From Escherichia phage F2: DNA of 64,000 nt. Positions 37,612-46,850 of this stretch are shown piece by piece (position 1 is the stretch's first letter; each line of letters opens with the position of its first letter). The stretch is from sequence record NC_054913.1; one strand, written 5' to 3'. A model generated the notes under the pieces. The model searched no databases and was not told the origin of the DNA. It saw only the letters and a list, made by a program, of their open reading frames with translations. Made by a program: the position numbers and the translations under genes.

Positions 37612-38510
37612 TGGCTATTTTCCGCGTACCTATCTTGAGTATGCGGTCTTATGAAACTGGACAGTATGCTATCCTTAAGGATGGCAACTTCCAACTTCAT
37701 TTGCACCGTGCTAATCCGGGTGATGTGATTACATATCCACGTAATGCATCTGATATTAAAGAATGCGAACGTCTTTTCCCAGAATTTAAGTTTGTTCCAT
37801 TATGGTATAAAGATAACGCATATAACACTCGTAAATATTTCTGGTCTGAAAATGAATTTGTGGTTGATTCATTAATTGATTATTATGATTGTGATTTTCT
37901 AATCACAGATATCACTGGATATGACGGCAATTTTGACGTAGAATTCAATTTCAATATCACTGCAGACCCTAATAAACCACGTTTTTATATTGACGAATTC
38001 TTAAAAACCGACATGTTGTCTGTTAATCGTTCACTTCAAACTACTGTGTTGAATGAACGTCAAAAAGAAGTGCTGGTTAACGCAGGTGCAGATGGTAATA
38101 AGATTATCGTAACGCAGAAAGTTATACGTCCTTCCATCATGCAGCGTCTTGTAGGTGATTTGGCTCCTATTCATCTAGATGGTATTTTTCATCCATTTCG
38201 AATTAGTGACCCGTGCTATCGTTTTGAACAAGTGGTTGAATGTGCAATTCAATTAGGTCAACCGCTTTATATAACCGATCCAAATAATAGCTTCGACAGA
38301 AATAAGTATCCTGAAGAAGCGCTGATTCGAATTTTTAAACCAACTAAAACTGAGTACTATCAAATTCTTAAAGGACGTCCGAAGATTCAATACTTCGAAA
38401 ATCCTGAAGAAGTATTCCATCCAGGTCTTGGCGAGTTCATCTACTTTAATGCTTTAATTTCTTCGCCGTATAATATACCTAAATATGAAGATGTCGTAAT
38501 CGAGGAATAA
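37611..38510 (+). CDS. hypothetical protein in beta-gt position (candidate DNA sugar transferase)
   Basis: 299-aa ORF replacing T4 beta-gt between 42 and uvsX; no recognisable beta-gt similarity. Confidence 0.5.
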   Translation: MAIFRVPILSMRSYETGQYAILKDGNFQLHLHRANPGDVITYPRNASDIKECERLFPEFKFVPLWYKDNAYNTRKYFWSENEFVVDSLIDYYDCDFLITDITGYDGNFDVEFNFNITADPNKPRFYIDEFLKTDMLSVNRSLQTTVLNERQKEVLVNAGADGNKIIVTQKVIRPSIMQRLVGDLAPIHLDGIFHPFRISDPCYRFEQVVECAIQLGQPLYITDPNNSFDRNKYPEEALIRIFKPTKTEYYQILKGRPKIQYFENPEEVFHPGLGEFIYFNALISSPYNIPKYEDVVIEE

Positions 38511-38511
38511 A

Positions 38512-39060
38512 ATGGCTAAAATTATTTTAGTAGATGGCCCGGATAATGCTGGTAAAACAACTTTCATTAATGACATAATGGAAATTAGTGAAAGATATGT
38601 AAAGATTGATTTCCCTAAACGAACAGTTGATGGACGTTTCGATGTTAAGTCTCGAAATGAAGTTGGCTGTTTCGAAACGATGTTGAATTATTTAGACCCT
38701 ACTAAGATTTATCTGTTAGACCGTGGATATATTAGTAACTGGGTTTATGGACGTATTCGACAAGATGCGGACTCGGTTCTTGACGTTTATGAACAGGATT
38801 ATGTTCGTCTTTGCCAAAACCATGATGTGTTCACAATTATTTTAACACGTAACGAAATGACTGAAAGTTTTGAAGACGACCTTATTACTTTGTCTTCATT
38901 CAGGTTTAATACAGTCATTTCGTATTTTGAAGAGTTTGCAATTCATAACGAAATCCAAACGTATCAATTACTTAATCATGATGGTGCTAACAAAGTTATA
39001 GGATTTAATGCAAGCGAACGTAATAATTTGATTACAGAAATTATCAAATGGGCTCGTTAA
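38512..39060 (+). CDS. P-loop nucleoside/nucleotide kinase-like protein
   Basis: Walker A VDGPDNAGKTT at N-terminus; 182 aa. Confidence 0.6.
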   Translation: MAKIILVDGPDNAGKTTFINDIMEISERYVKIDFPKRTVDGRFDVKSRNEVGCFETMLNYLDPTKIYLLDRGYISNWVYGRIRQDADSVLDVYEQDYVRLCQNHDVFTIILTRNEMTESFEDDLITLSSFRFNTVISYFEEFAIHNEIQTYQLLNHDGANKVIGFNASERNNLITEIIKWAR

Positions 39061-39159
39061 GAGCCTGTTTAAAGTTTTAAATGCTGTATAACCCTTAGTA
39101 TATAATCGTCTTATCTTTTAAACATGAGTAAAATATAATGATGCCTATGGAAAAATACA

Positions 39160-40332
39160 ATGTCTGATTTAAAATCTCGTCTGATTAAAGCTTCTACTTC
39201 TAAAATGACTGCAGACTTGACTAAGTCTAAGCTGTTTAATAATCGTGATGAAGTCCCTACTCGTATTCCGATGTTGAATATTGCATTAGGTGGTGCACTG
39301 AATGCTGGGTTGCAATCAGGCTTAACTATTTTTGCTGCTCCTTCTAAACACTTTAAAACGTTGTTTGGACTGACCATGGTTGCAGCATATATGAAGAAAT
39401 ATAAAGATGCAATTTGTTTGTTCTATGATTCGGAATTTGGTGCTTCAGAATCTTATTTTCGTTCAATGGGTGTTGATTTAGACCGTGTAGTTCATACTCC
39501 GATTCAATCTGTCGAACAACTTAAAGTTGATATGACTAATCAGCTTGACGCGATTGAACGCGGTGATAAAGTTATTATCTTTATCGATTCAATCGGTAAT
39601 ACTGCATCTAAGAAAGAAACTGAAGATGCATTGAACGAGAAAGTTGTAGGTGATATGTCTCGTGCTAAGGCACTTAAATCTCTGTTCCGCATTGTGACTC
39701 CTTATCTGACTATTAAAGATATTCCATGTGTTGCAATCAACCATACAGCAATGGAAATCGGTGGATTGTATCCTAAAGAGATTATGGGTGGTGGTACAGG
39801 TATTCTTTACTCTGCTAACACTGTATTCTTTATCTCTAAACGTCAGGTTAAAGAAGGTACAGAATTGACCGGTTATGACTTCACGTTGAAAGCAGAAAAA
39901 TCTCGCACCGTTAAAGAAAAATCTACTTTCCCAATCACGGTTAATTTCGATGGTGGTATTGACCCATTCAGTGGCTTGTTAGAAATGGCAACTGAAATCG
40001 GTTTTGTAGTTAAGCCTAAAGCCGGGTGGTATGCTCGAGAATTCCTTGACGAAGAAACAGGCGAAATGATTCGTGAAGAGAAATCATGGCGTGCTAAAGC
40101 TACTGATTGTGTAGAATTCTGGGGACCGTTGTTTAAACACAAACCTTTCCGAGATGCAATTGAAACTAAATATAAACTAGGTGCTATCTCTTCTATTAAA
40201 GAAGTTGATGATGCTGTTAACGACCTTATTAATTGCAAAGCAACAACTAAAGTTCCGGTTAAAACTTCTGATGCTCCTTCTGCAGCAGATATAGAAAACG
40301 ACCTTGACGAAATGGAAGATTTCGATGAATAA
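39160..40332 (+). CDS. uvsX: recombinase UvsX (RecA-like)
   Basis: 390 aa; Walker A GAPSKHFKT; matches T4 UvsX. Confidence 0.95.
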   Translation: MSDLKSRLIKASTSKMTADLTKSKLFNNRDEVPTRIPMLNIALGGALNAGLQSGLTIFAAPSKHFKTLFGLTMVAAYMKKYKDAICLFYDSEFGASESYFRSMGVDLDRVVHTPIQSVEQLKVDMTNQLDAIERGDKVIIFIDSIGNTASKKETEDALNEKVVGDMSRAKALKSLFRIVTPYLTIKDIPCVAINHTAMEIGGLYPKEIMGGGTGILYSANTVFFISKRQVKEGTELTGYDFTLKAEKSRTVKEKSTFPITVNFDGGIDPFSGLLEMATEIGFVVKPKAGWYAREFLDEETGEMIREEKSWRAKATDCVEFWGPLFKHKPFRDAIETKYKLGAISSIKEVDDAVNDLINCKATTKVPVKTSDAPSAADIENDLDEMEDFDE

Positions 40333-40666
40333 TCTCGATGATTTAAATCTAGAAATCGTTGATGAATCCCCTTCTTCGGAAGGGGAAGACATTCGCAAAG
40401 AACGAGTGTTTAATGAATCTCTTAAAATTATCCGTTCAGCAATGGAAAATGTCATTCAAGAGATTCTGATTACACTTGAAGATGGTTCTCATCATATAGT
40501 CTATATTACAAAACTAGACTGGGTTGATGGTAAAATCGTAATGGACTTTGCAGTTCTTGACCAAGACAGAAAAGCAGAACTTGCACCACATGTTGAAAAA
40601 TGTGTTACAATGCAAGTACAACAAGCTTTTAATGAACGGACCAAGAAAAAATTTAAATTCTTTTAA
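40325..40666 (+). CDS. 40: gp40-like protein (positional)
   Basis: ATG 40325 overlapping uvsX end; between uvsX and 41 as in T4. Confidence 0.45.
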   Translation: MNNLDDLNLEIVDESPSSEGEDIRKERVFNESLKIIRSAMENVIQEILITLEDGSHHIVYITKLDWVDGKIVMDFAVLDQDRKAELAPHVEKCVTMQVQQAFNERTKKKFKFF

Positions 40667-40675
40667 GGAGTTATC

Positions 40676-42118
40676 GTGGTAGAAATTATTTTGTCTCATC
40701 TAGTATACGACCAGGCTTATTTTTCTAAGGTCTGGCCTTATATGGATTCTGAGTATTTTGAGCGTGGACCGGCAAAAAATGTCTTTAAAATTATAAAGAG
40801 CCACGTTAACGAATATAATGCAATGCCGTCTATCAATGCATTAAAGGTGGCTTTAGATAACAGTTCTTTAACTGAAGCCGAATATAAAGGAACTTCAGAC
40901 CTAATTGAAAAATTGGCTGATACTCCTGAAGACCACGAATGGTTGGTTAAAGAAACTGAGAAATATGTCCAGCAAAAAGCGATGTATAATGCTACATCCA
41001 AAATCATTGAGATTCAGTCTAATGCTGAACTACCTCCAGAACAACGTAACAAGAAAATGCCTGACGTAGGAGCTATTCCTGATATTATGCGTCAAGCACT
41101 TTCAATTTCGTTTGATAGTTATGTTGGACATGACTGGATGGAAGACTATGAAACCCGCTGGCTTTCTTATCTGAACAAAGCACGTAAGGTCCCGTTCAAA
41201 TTAAACATTTTGAATAAAATCACTAAAGGTGGTGCAGAAACAGGTACACTGAATGTTTTAATGGCCGGTGTTAACGTTGGTAAATCTTTAGGCCTTTGTT
41301 CACTTGCTGCAGATTATCTTCAAACAGGTCATAATGTTCTTTATATTTCTATGGAAATGGCTGAAGAAGTTTGTGCTAAGCGTATAGATGCAAACATGCT
41401 TGACGTATCGCTCGATGATATCGATGATGGTAACGTATCTTATGCTGAATATAAAGCCAAGATGGAAAAATGGCGTTCAAAAACAACATTAGGACGTTTA
41501 GTAGTTAAACAGTATCCTACTGGTGGAGCTAATGCTAATACATTCCGTGCATTGCTTAATGAATTGAAACTCAAGAAGAACTTTGTGCCATCTGTAATCA
41601 TGGTTGATTACTTAGGTATTTGTGGGTCTTGTCGTATCAGAGTTTACACTGAAAATAGTTACACATTAGTTAAAGCTATCGCAGAAGAACTTCGTGCATT
41701 AGCAGTAGAATCTGAAACAGTTCTATGGACTGCAGCTCAAGTAGGACGTGCAGCATGGGATGCGTCGGATATGAACATGAGTGATATTGCAGAATCAGCA
41801 GGTTTACCAGCAACGGCAGATTTCATGTTGGCTGTAATTGAAACCGAAGAACTTGCACAAGCTGAACAACAACTTATCAAACAAATCAAATCACGATATG
41901 GTGATAAGAATAAGTGGAATAAATTCCTGATGGGTGTACGTAAAGGCAACCAGAAATGGATTGAGATTGAGCAAGAAGGCATGAACACACCTAACACAGT
42001 AAATGAAAACGCAGGTGCTCAGATGCGTCAGGCAGAGGTGAATCGTACGGAACGCGTAGGTAAAGCCAAAGCAACACGTGCTGACCTAGATAGCTTAGCC
42101 AATGAGTTAAAATTTTAA
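40676..42118 (+). CDS. 41: replicative DNA helicase gp41 (DnaB-like)
   Basis: Walker A GVNVGKS; GTG start with MVEIILSHL N-terminus as in T4. Confidence 0.95.
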   Translation: MVEIILSHLVYDQAYFSKVWPYMDSEYFERGPAKNVFKIIKSHVNEYNAMPSINALKVALDNSSLTEAEYKGTSDLIEKLADTPEDHEWLVKETEKYVQQKAMYNATSKIIEIQSNAELPPEQRNKKMPDVGAIPDIMRQALSISFDSYVGHDWMEDYETRWLSYLNKARKVPFKLNILNKITKGGAETGTLNVLMAGVNVGKSLGLCSLAADYLQTGHNVLYISMEMAEEVCAKRIDANMLDVSLDDIDDGNVSYAEYKAKMEKWRSKTTLGRLVVKQYPTGGANANTFRALLNELKLKKNFVPSVIMVDYLGICGSCRIRVYTENSYTLVKAIAEELRALAVESETVLWTAAQVGRAAWDASDMNMSDIAESAGLPATADFMLAVIETEELAQAEQQLIKQIKSRYGDKNKWNKFLMGVRKGNQKWIEIEQEGMNTPNTVNENAGAQMRQAEVNRTERVGKAKATRADLDSLANELKF

Positions 42119-42123
42119 TAAAA

Positions 42124-42150
42124 GGAGACTTCGGTCTCCTTTCGGGGTTT
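42124..42150 (+). terminator. terminator hairpin (UUCG tetraloop)
   Basis: ggagacttcggtctcc + T-rich. Confidence 0.6.
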
Positions 42151-42205
42151 ACATCTTCCTCTAGGCATGATATGATGTACTTACACAAACCAAGAGGAAA
42201 ACACT

Positions 42206-42580
42206 ATGAATATGTCTCAAGCAATTTTTACTGCAATCACCGAAAACACAACTGTTGAAGTAGCTTCTCCGCTGGCAACCTACGTTATTCTTGCTCCTAA
42301 AACCATTGTATCTCGTATGGAAAACATGGGCAAACGTATCGTACAAATTGTTGGAGCCGGAAATCAAAAACTTGATTATCTGCGAACCATCAAAGCTTAT
42401 GAACATTTCCAACTCGAAAAAGGTTCTCCTATCCAGGTAGAACTCGTAAATGGTGATATCGTTCGAGCAATGTTCCATCATTTCTATGCATTGAATGACC
42501 CATCTAAAGCGGTTCGTTTAATTGCATACGACGCAAACCAAAACGAAATCAACGCAGATGTATCTAAATTACGTTTTTAA
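42206..42580 (+). CDS. hypothetical protein
   Basis: ORF with AGAGGAAAA RBS. Confidence 0.5.
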   Translation: MNMSQAIFTAITENTTVEVASPLATYVILAPKTIVSRMENMGKRIVQIVGAGNQKLDYLRTIKAYEHFQLEKGSPIQVELVNGDIVRAMFHHFYALNDPSKAVRLIAYDANQNEINADVSKLRF

Positions 42581-42609
42581 GTTTACTTCTCCAGCAGTTG
42601 TGTTATTAT
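42581..42609 (+). promoter_or_regulatory. T4-type early promoter
   Basis: gtttac 42581-42586, tattat 42604-42609. Confidence 0.6.
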
Positions 42610-42635
42610 AGACCTATCAACTACTGGAGAACAAA

Positions 42636-42953
42636 ATGAAAACCATTGATTGTAAAGCAGAATTTAAGATTTTTTATCACGGTTCAAGCAGTTCAGCTAA
42701 CATTGAAAACATGCTTTGTCCTCCTGAGGAAACAGGAGTTCTGTCTGAAACTGGACGTAAGAAAAACTTGGACCGTGTATTCTTTACCGAAGATATCGGT
42801 TTAGCAAAGATTTATGCAGGACGAGCAGCACGCTCTTATGGAGGTGAACCACGTCTCTATCGAGTAATTTCTCCGGTAGACGTAGTTCAAATGAATAATA
42901 CTAAAGGTGCTACAGTTTATCACGCTGAATGGGCATTTTGCGAGGAAATATGA
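42636..42953 (+). CDS. hypothetical protein
   Basis: ORF with GGAGAA RBS. Confidence 0.5.
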   Translation: MKTIDCKAEFKIFYHGSSSSANIENMLCPPEETGVLSETGRKKNLDRVFFTEDIGLAKIYAGRAARSYGGEPRLYRVISPVDVVQMNNTKGATVYHAEWAFCEEI

Positions 42954-43141
42954 GCAAATTAACTAAAGTTACTTTTATTGGTTGGTTTAAAAGCGGTGAG
43001 ATGTTCACTAAAGATATCATGTTATCAGGTGATCGCGAAGAAATCGAGTGGGTTGCTGTACAACTTGCTGAAGTGAACAACGCATTAGTTAAAGCATTTG
43101 TTAATGACGAGAAAGTTTTTGAAGCTGATTTCAGAGGATAA
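42950..43141 (+). CDS. hypothetical protein
   Basis: ATG 42950 overlapping upstream stop. Confidence 0.45.
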   Translation: MSKLTKVTFIGWFKSGEMFTKDIMLSGDREEIEWVAVQLAEVNNALVKAFVNDEKVFEADFRG

Positions 43142-43142
43142 T

Positions 43143-43355
43143 ATGTATTCAACTGTGTTTAAACCATCAACATACGAATTTGCATCAACTACACAATGGA
43201 AAGCTCTTATTCTGGAAGGATGGGAACTAATGATGGACTGTGAAGCATCTGAAAAGTTTCCACACGGCAAAGTGGACTTCGTTAAATTTGCTGTACGTCC
43301 GACTAAACGACAGATTCGTCAAGAAAAACGCAAATTTCGCAAAAGTTTAAAATAA
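43143..43355 (+). CDS. small basic hypothetical protein
   Basis: ATG 43143; C-terminal VRPTKRQIRQ tail shared with 11710..11880. Confidence 0.45.
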   Translation: MYSTVFKPSTYEFASTTQWKALILEGWELMMDCEASEKFPHGKVDFVKFAVRPTKRQIRQEKRKFRKSLK

Positions 43356-43415
43356 CTGTTTACAAGCACCACATACTGTGTTACTATCTTTTTATCAACT
43401 ACAGAGGAAATTGAA

Positions 43416-43784
43416 ATGAAAAAATTAATCGCTTTAGCAATGGTATTTGGATTAACCGGATGTGGTGCCCATGGCTTTATCCCTAATAACGTTGGCCAAC
43501 TGATTTACAATCCTAATGTTAAACAGTATGACCAACCTAAAGTTGAAGTGGAAGACCCGGTTACTGTAGGTAATCGAATGATTCAAGCTGATGCCCATGC
43601 TCAACGTTATCGTGACTCTGATACTGTAGCATTGTCAAAAGAACAACGCGTTAAAGAACATTGTCTACAGGCTACTGAAATCGCATTCATTCGCTATGTT
43701 GAAACAACTGGTAAAGAGCCTTCCAAGAAACAAATCGCGAATAACTACGTCCAGTGTATTGAACGTTTAAACAAATTTAATTAA
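43416..43784 (+). CDS. hypothetical lipoprotein
   Basis: Signal peptide with lipobox LTGC. Confidence 0.6.
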   Translation: MKKLIALAMVFGLTGCGAHGFIPNNVGQLIYNPNVKQYDQPKVEVEDPVTVGNRMIQADAHAQRYRDSDTVALSKEQRVKEHCLQATEIAFIRYVETTGKEPSKKQIANNYVQCIERLNKFN

Positions 43785-43844
43785 TTGGTTACACCAAAGT
43801 TAAAATAAGATACTATAAACATAACAAATCAAGAGGAAATTAAC

Positions 43845-44093
43845 ATGGAATTATTCGTAGCTAGTTCAGTAGCAGTTTTAATCGCAGGTATTGGTTCAAT
43901 CATCATTTACATGTTGCCTTGGGTAATCGCACTTATTCGTGGCACAAAAAGCACAACAGCAATCTTCTTTGTATCTTTACTCTTTAACTGGACGATGATT
44001 GGTTGGATTGGAACTTTAATTTGGTCTATCGTTGCCGAAAAGAAATCTGCTCAGCAGCCTCAACAAGTAATTATTATTCGCGAAAAAGAATAA
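43845..44093 (+). CDS. superinfection-immunity-like membrane protein (Imm-family motif)
   Basis: YMLPWVIALIRG...NWTMIGWIGTLIW resembles the Imm superinfection-immunity domain. Confidence 0.55.
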   Translation: MELFVASSVAVLIAGIGSIIIYMLPWVIALIRGTKSTTAIFFVSLLFNWTMIGWIGTLIWSIVAEKKSAQQPQQVIIIREKE

Positions 44094-44097
44094 AGTT

Positions 44098-44127
44098 GTT
44101 TACATTATAGATGGACTATGGTATAGT
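44098..44127 (+). promoter_or_regulatory. T4-type early promoter
   Basis: gtttac 44098-44103, tatagt 44122-44127. Confidence 0.55.
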
Positions 44128-44156
44128 AGTCCTATCAAATCAACTAAGGAGTTAAA

Positions 44157-44450
44157 ATGAAAAAGTTATCATTGGCAGCAATCTTACTTGCGGTATCATG
44201 TGCACCAGCTCCAGTTACAGCAGGTTATGATAAAGACCTCTGTGAGTGGTCAATGACTGCAAATCAAGAAGATGTTGAACAACAAATCTTCTCTGATATC
44301 ATGAACATCACTAAACGAGACCGTCCTAATATGGTTAATAAAGTTGTTGAACAACTTAAGTCTGGTGGTATTATGCAGTACAATTATGTTTTGTATTGTG
44401 ACCCTAATTTCGATAACAAAGATATCGTAACCGAAATCACAGGTGAATAA
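44157..44450 (+). CDS. sp: spackle-like periplasmic protein
   Basis: 97 aa, signal peptide, GYDKDLCEWSMTA...MQYNYVLYCD matches remembered T4 Sp. Confidence 0.7.
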   Translation: MKKLSLAAILLAVSCAPAPVTAGYDKDLCEWSMTANQEDVEQQIFSDIMNITKRDRPNMVNKVVEQLKSGGIMQYNYVLYCDPNFDNKDIVTEITGE

Positions 44451-44451
44451 T

Positions 44452-45102
44452 ATGATTTATTACATGCACAAAAACGCACCATTTAAATATGGTAAATTTC
44501 CTAATGCACAATGTTATAATATAACGCCGAATGAAAATAATAACGGATACCGTATTGGTGTAATTTTTGTAATTGTTAAAGATAACGAAATCGTTGCCTG
44601 GGCAGATTTTAAAGGTACAACATATGATGTTAATCCTGTGCCTTTCACATATTACAATATAATGGATTTGGCATATGATTATAATTGGTTTACTCATGAC
44701 ACGTTGGCTCATATTGAAGGTGTAGGATTTGACATCTCTTATTCTAGCTATTCATTATGTCCTATGAGCCGAGCTCACGGTAAAGATGTATCATATCTTT
44801 CAATTCGGAAACGTGTAAACTTCAAACGTAGTACAGAGTATGTTGGTGGACTCTTTGTTAAAGATAATAAAATAACCCGTATTAGTTATCCTTTAAGTGT
44901 AGGTCAAAAAGATGTTGATGTTGATTTAGACTTAACTGAAAGTAACATTAATCGTATTGCTTCTGTATATTTTGATATCGATGAAAAAATTGTAGTGTGT
45001 GGATACGAATTACCACCTGAAGAAAAGGCTGAAACAATTGAAGTCGAATTAGAAATTTCTGTTGATGACCAAATATTTAACGCATTTATGAATCGAGGTT
45101 AA
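44452..45102 (+). CDS. hypothetical protein
   Basis: ATG 44452; track ORF 44443..45102. Confidence 0.5.
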   Translation: MIYYMHKNAPFKYGKFPNAQCYNITPNENNNGYRIGVIFVIVKDNEIVAWADFKGTTYDVNPVPFTYYNIMDLAYDYNWFTHDTLAHIEGVGFDISYSSYSLCPMSRAHGKDVSYLSIRKRVNFKRSTEYVGGLFVKDNKITRISYPLSVGQKDVDVDLDLTESNINRIASVYFDIDEKIVVCGYELPPEEKAETIEVELEISVDDQIFNAFMNRG

Positions 45103-45103
45103 A

Positions 45104-45301
45104 ATGACTACTGCAATTTGCACTGGTTCTAAAATTAGTGTTTTTACAAGTTTTGAAGATTATGGAGTTGTTTCAAAACACCAATGCCATATTAGCGTAA
45201 AAGCTAATGGTGGTGTAATTTGGAATATTCCGCACTATGAAGACACTACATATGAAGTCACAGATGCGAACGGTGATAAAGCGATCTTTGTGATTGATTA
45301 A
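45104..45301 (+). CDS. hypothetical protein
   Basis: 65-aa ORF. Confidence 0.45.
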   Translation: MTTAICTGSKISVFTSFEDYGVVSKHQCHISVKANGGVIWNIPHYEDTTYEVTDANGDKAIFVID

Positions 45302-45320
45302 ATATACTCAGGAGGTACCT

Positions 45321-45788
45321 ATGGGTATTATTAACACTGCAATAGATTCTGTTTACGCATATAAGTTTATTCGACTAATGCAAAAACCTTTTACCGAATG
45401 GAAAGCATACGAAGCCAAAATCATCGATGAACGTGGAAGTGTTCTTAAACGTCCTTCTACTCCCGAAGAAAAAGCGGCTTATACACCTTTTCATGCTTCA
45501 GTTCGTTCAATGAAGCGAATGATGAGCACTGTTCCAGGTCTTAATGGAATGGCCTCAATGATGTCTGCCTGGAGTGCTGTAGCTTCACGCTATAACATTA
45601 CGGAAGAACAACAGAAAGAAATATTTAAAGAACTCCCTTTATTTGAGGATATGGTTGCTGGTGATTCAGGCGGTAGTCCTCAAGCTATTGCATCAGGAAC
45701 AACTACAGGTGCAGTCGTAAATAAAGGTCCAGAACAAATTCCTTCCAAGAAAAGAAAGCGAATTAAAGTAAATATTAATAAGTTGTGA
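45321..45788 (+). CDS. hypothetical protein
   Basis: ATG 45321 with AGGAGG RBS. Confidence 0.55.
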   Translation: MGIINTAIDSVYAYKFIRLMQKPFTEWKAYEAKIIDERGSVLKRPSTPEEKAAYTPFHASVRSMKRMMSTVPGLNGMASMMSAWSAVASRYNITEEQQKEIFKELPLFEDMVAGDSGGSPQAIASGTTTGAVVNKGPEQIPSKKRKRIKVNINKL

Positions 45789-45827
45789 TATGATGGCCTT
45801 ATTAATTTAAGGCCTCTGGAGAATACT

Positions 45828-46850
45828 ATGGCTGAATGGATAGATAATGAATTTGCTTATCGTGCGTTTTCTCACCTACCTCGTTTTAGACAAATCAATA
45901 ATTCAAGTACATTTAAATTAACATTTCGATGTCCAGTTTGTGGCGACTCCCAGACAGATGCAATGAAAGCTCGTGGATGGTATTATGGCGGTACTCCTGG
46001 TAATGTACATTGCTATAATTGTCAATACCACAATACAATTTCCGGATACTTAAAAGAGTATGATGAAGAGCTTTACCGCGAATATCTAATGGAAGTTCGT
46101 AAAGAAAAAGCTAGAATGGAACCAAAGATTGAAAAGGTTCCTGAACATAAACCAGAACCGGAGAAAAAGACTATAAATTCTTTGCCGTCTTGTTCTCGTC
46201 TGGACAAGCTGCCTGAAGAGCATCCTATTGTGAAATATGTTAAGTCTCGATGCATTCCTAAAGAATCATGGAACAGATTATGGTTCACATTAGAATGGCC
46301 TAAATTGGTCAACAAGATTCAACCAGGCACATATAAGAAAGAGATTCCAGAACCACGTTTAGTGATTCCTATTTTTAATAAAGACGGGAAGGCTGAGTCA
46401 TTCCAAGGACGTGCACTTCGTAAAGATGCTCCTCAGAAATATATCACTATTAAAGCGTTTGAGTCCGCAACAAAAATTTATGGTGTTGAACGTGTTAAGG
46501 AAGGGGACGTCTGGGTAATGGAAGGCCCTATTGATAGTTTATTCATACCCAATGCAATCGCTATTACAGGCGGCTCAATAGATTTAGATGTGGTACCATT
46601 TAAAGAACGTCGGGTATGGGTAATGGATAATGAACCTAGGCATCCAGATACTATAGCTCGCATGAAGCGATTAGTTGATGCAGGCGAACGTGTCATGTTC
46701 TGGGACCGAGCTCCGTGGAGATCAAAGGATGTGAATGATATGGTAATGAAAGAAAATGCAACACCACAAGAAATTTTAGAATATATGAAACAGAATATTT
46801 CAAGTGGGTTGCATGCTAAAATGAGATTATCTCGTTATTCGAAGATTTAA
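45828..46850 (+). CDS. 61: DNA primase gp61
   Basis: N-terminal zinc ribbon CPVCGDS...CYNC, TOPRIM-like C-terminal region; 340 aa. Confidence 0.9.
   Translation: MAEWIDNEFAYRAFSHLPRFRQINNSSTFKLTFRCPVCGDSQTDAMKARGWYYGGTPGNVHCYNCQYHNTISGYLKEYDEELYREYLMEVRKEKARMEPKIEKVPEHKPEPEKKTINSLPSCSRLDKLPEEHPIVKYVKSRCIPKESWNRLWFTLEWPKLVNKIQPGTYKKEIPEPRLVIPIFNKDGKAESFQGRALRKDAPQKYITIKAFESATKIYGVERVKEGDVWVMEGPIDSLFIPNAIAITGGSIDLDVVPFKERRVWVMDNEPRHPDTIARMKRLVDAGERVMFWDRAPWRSKDVNDMVMKENATPQEILEYMKQNISSGLHAKMRLSRYSKI

Noticed and set aside
42161-42481. 106-aa minus-strand ORF overlapping 42206..42580
   Set aside because: Overlaps a + strand gene that has RBS and promoter context; no signals of its own
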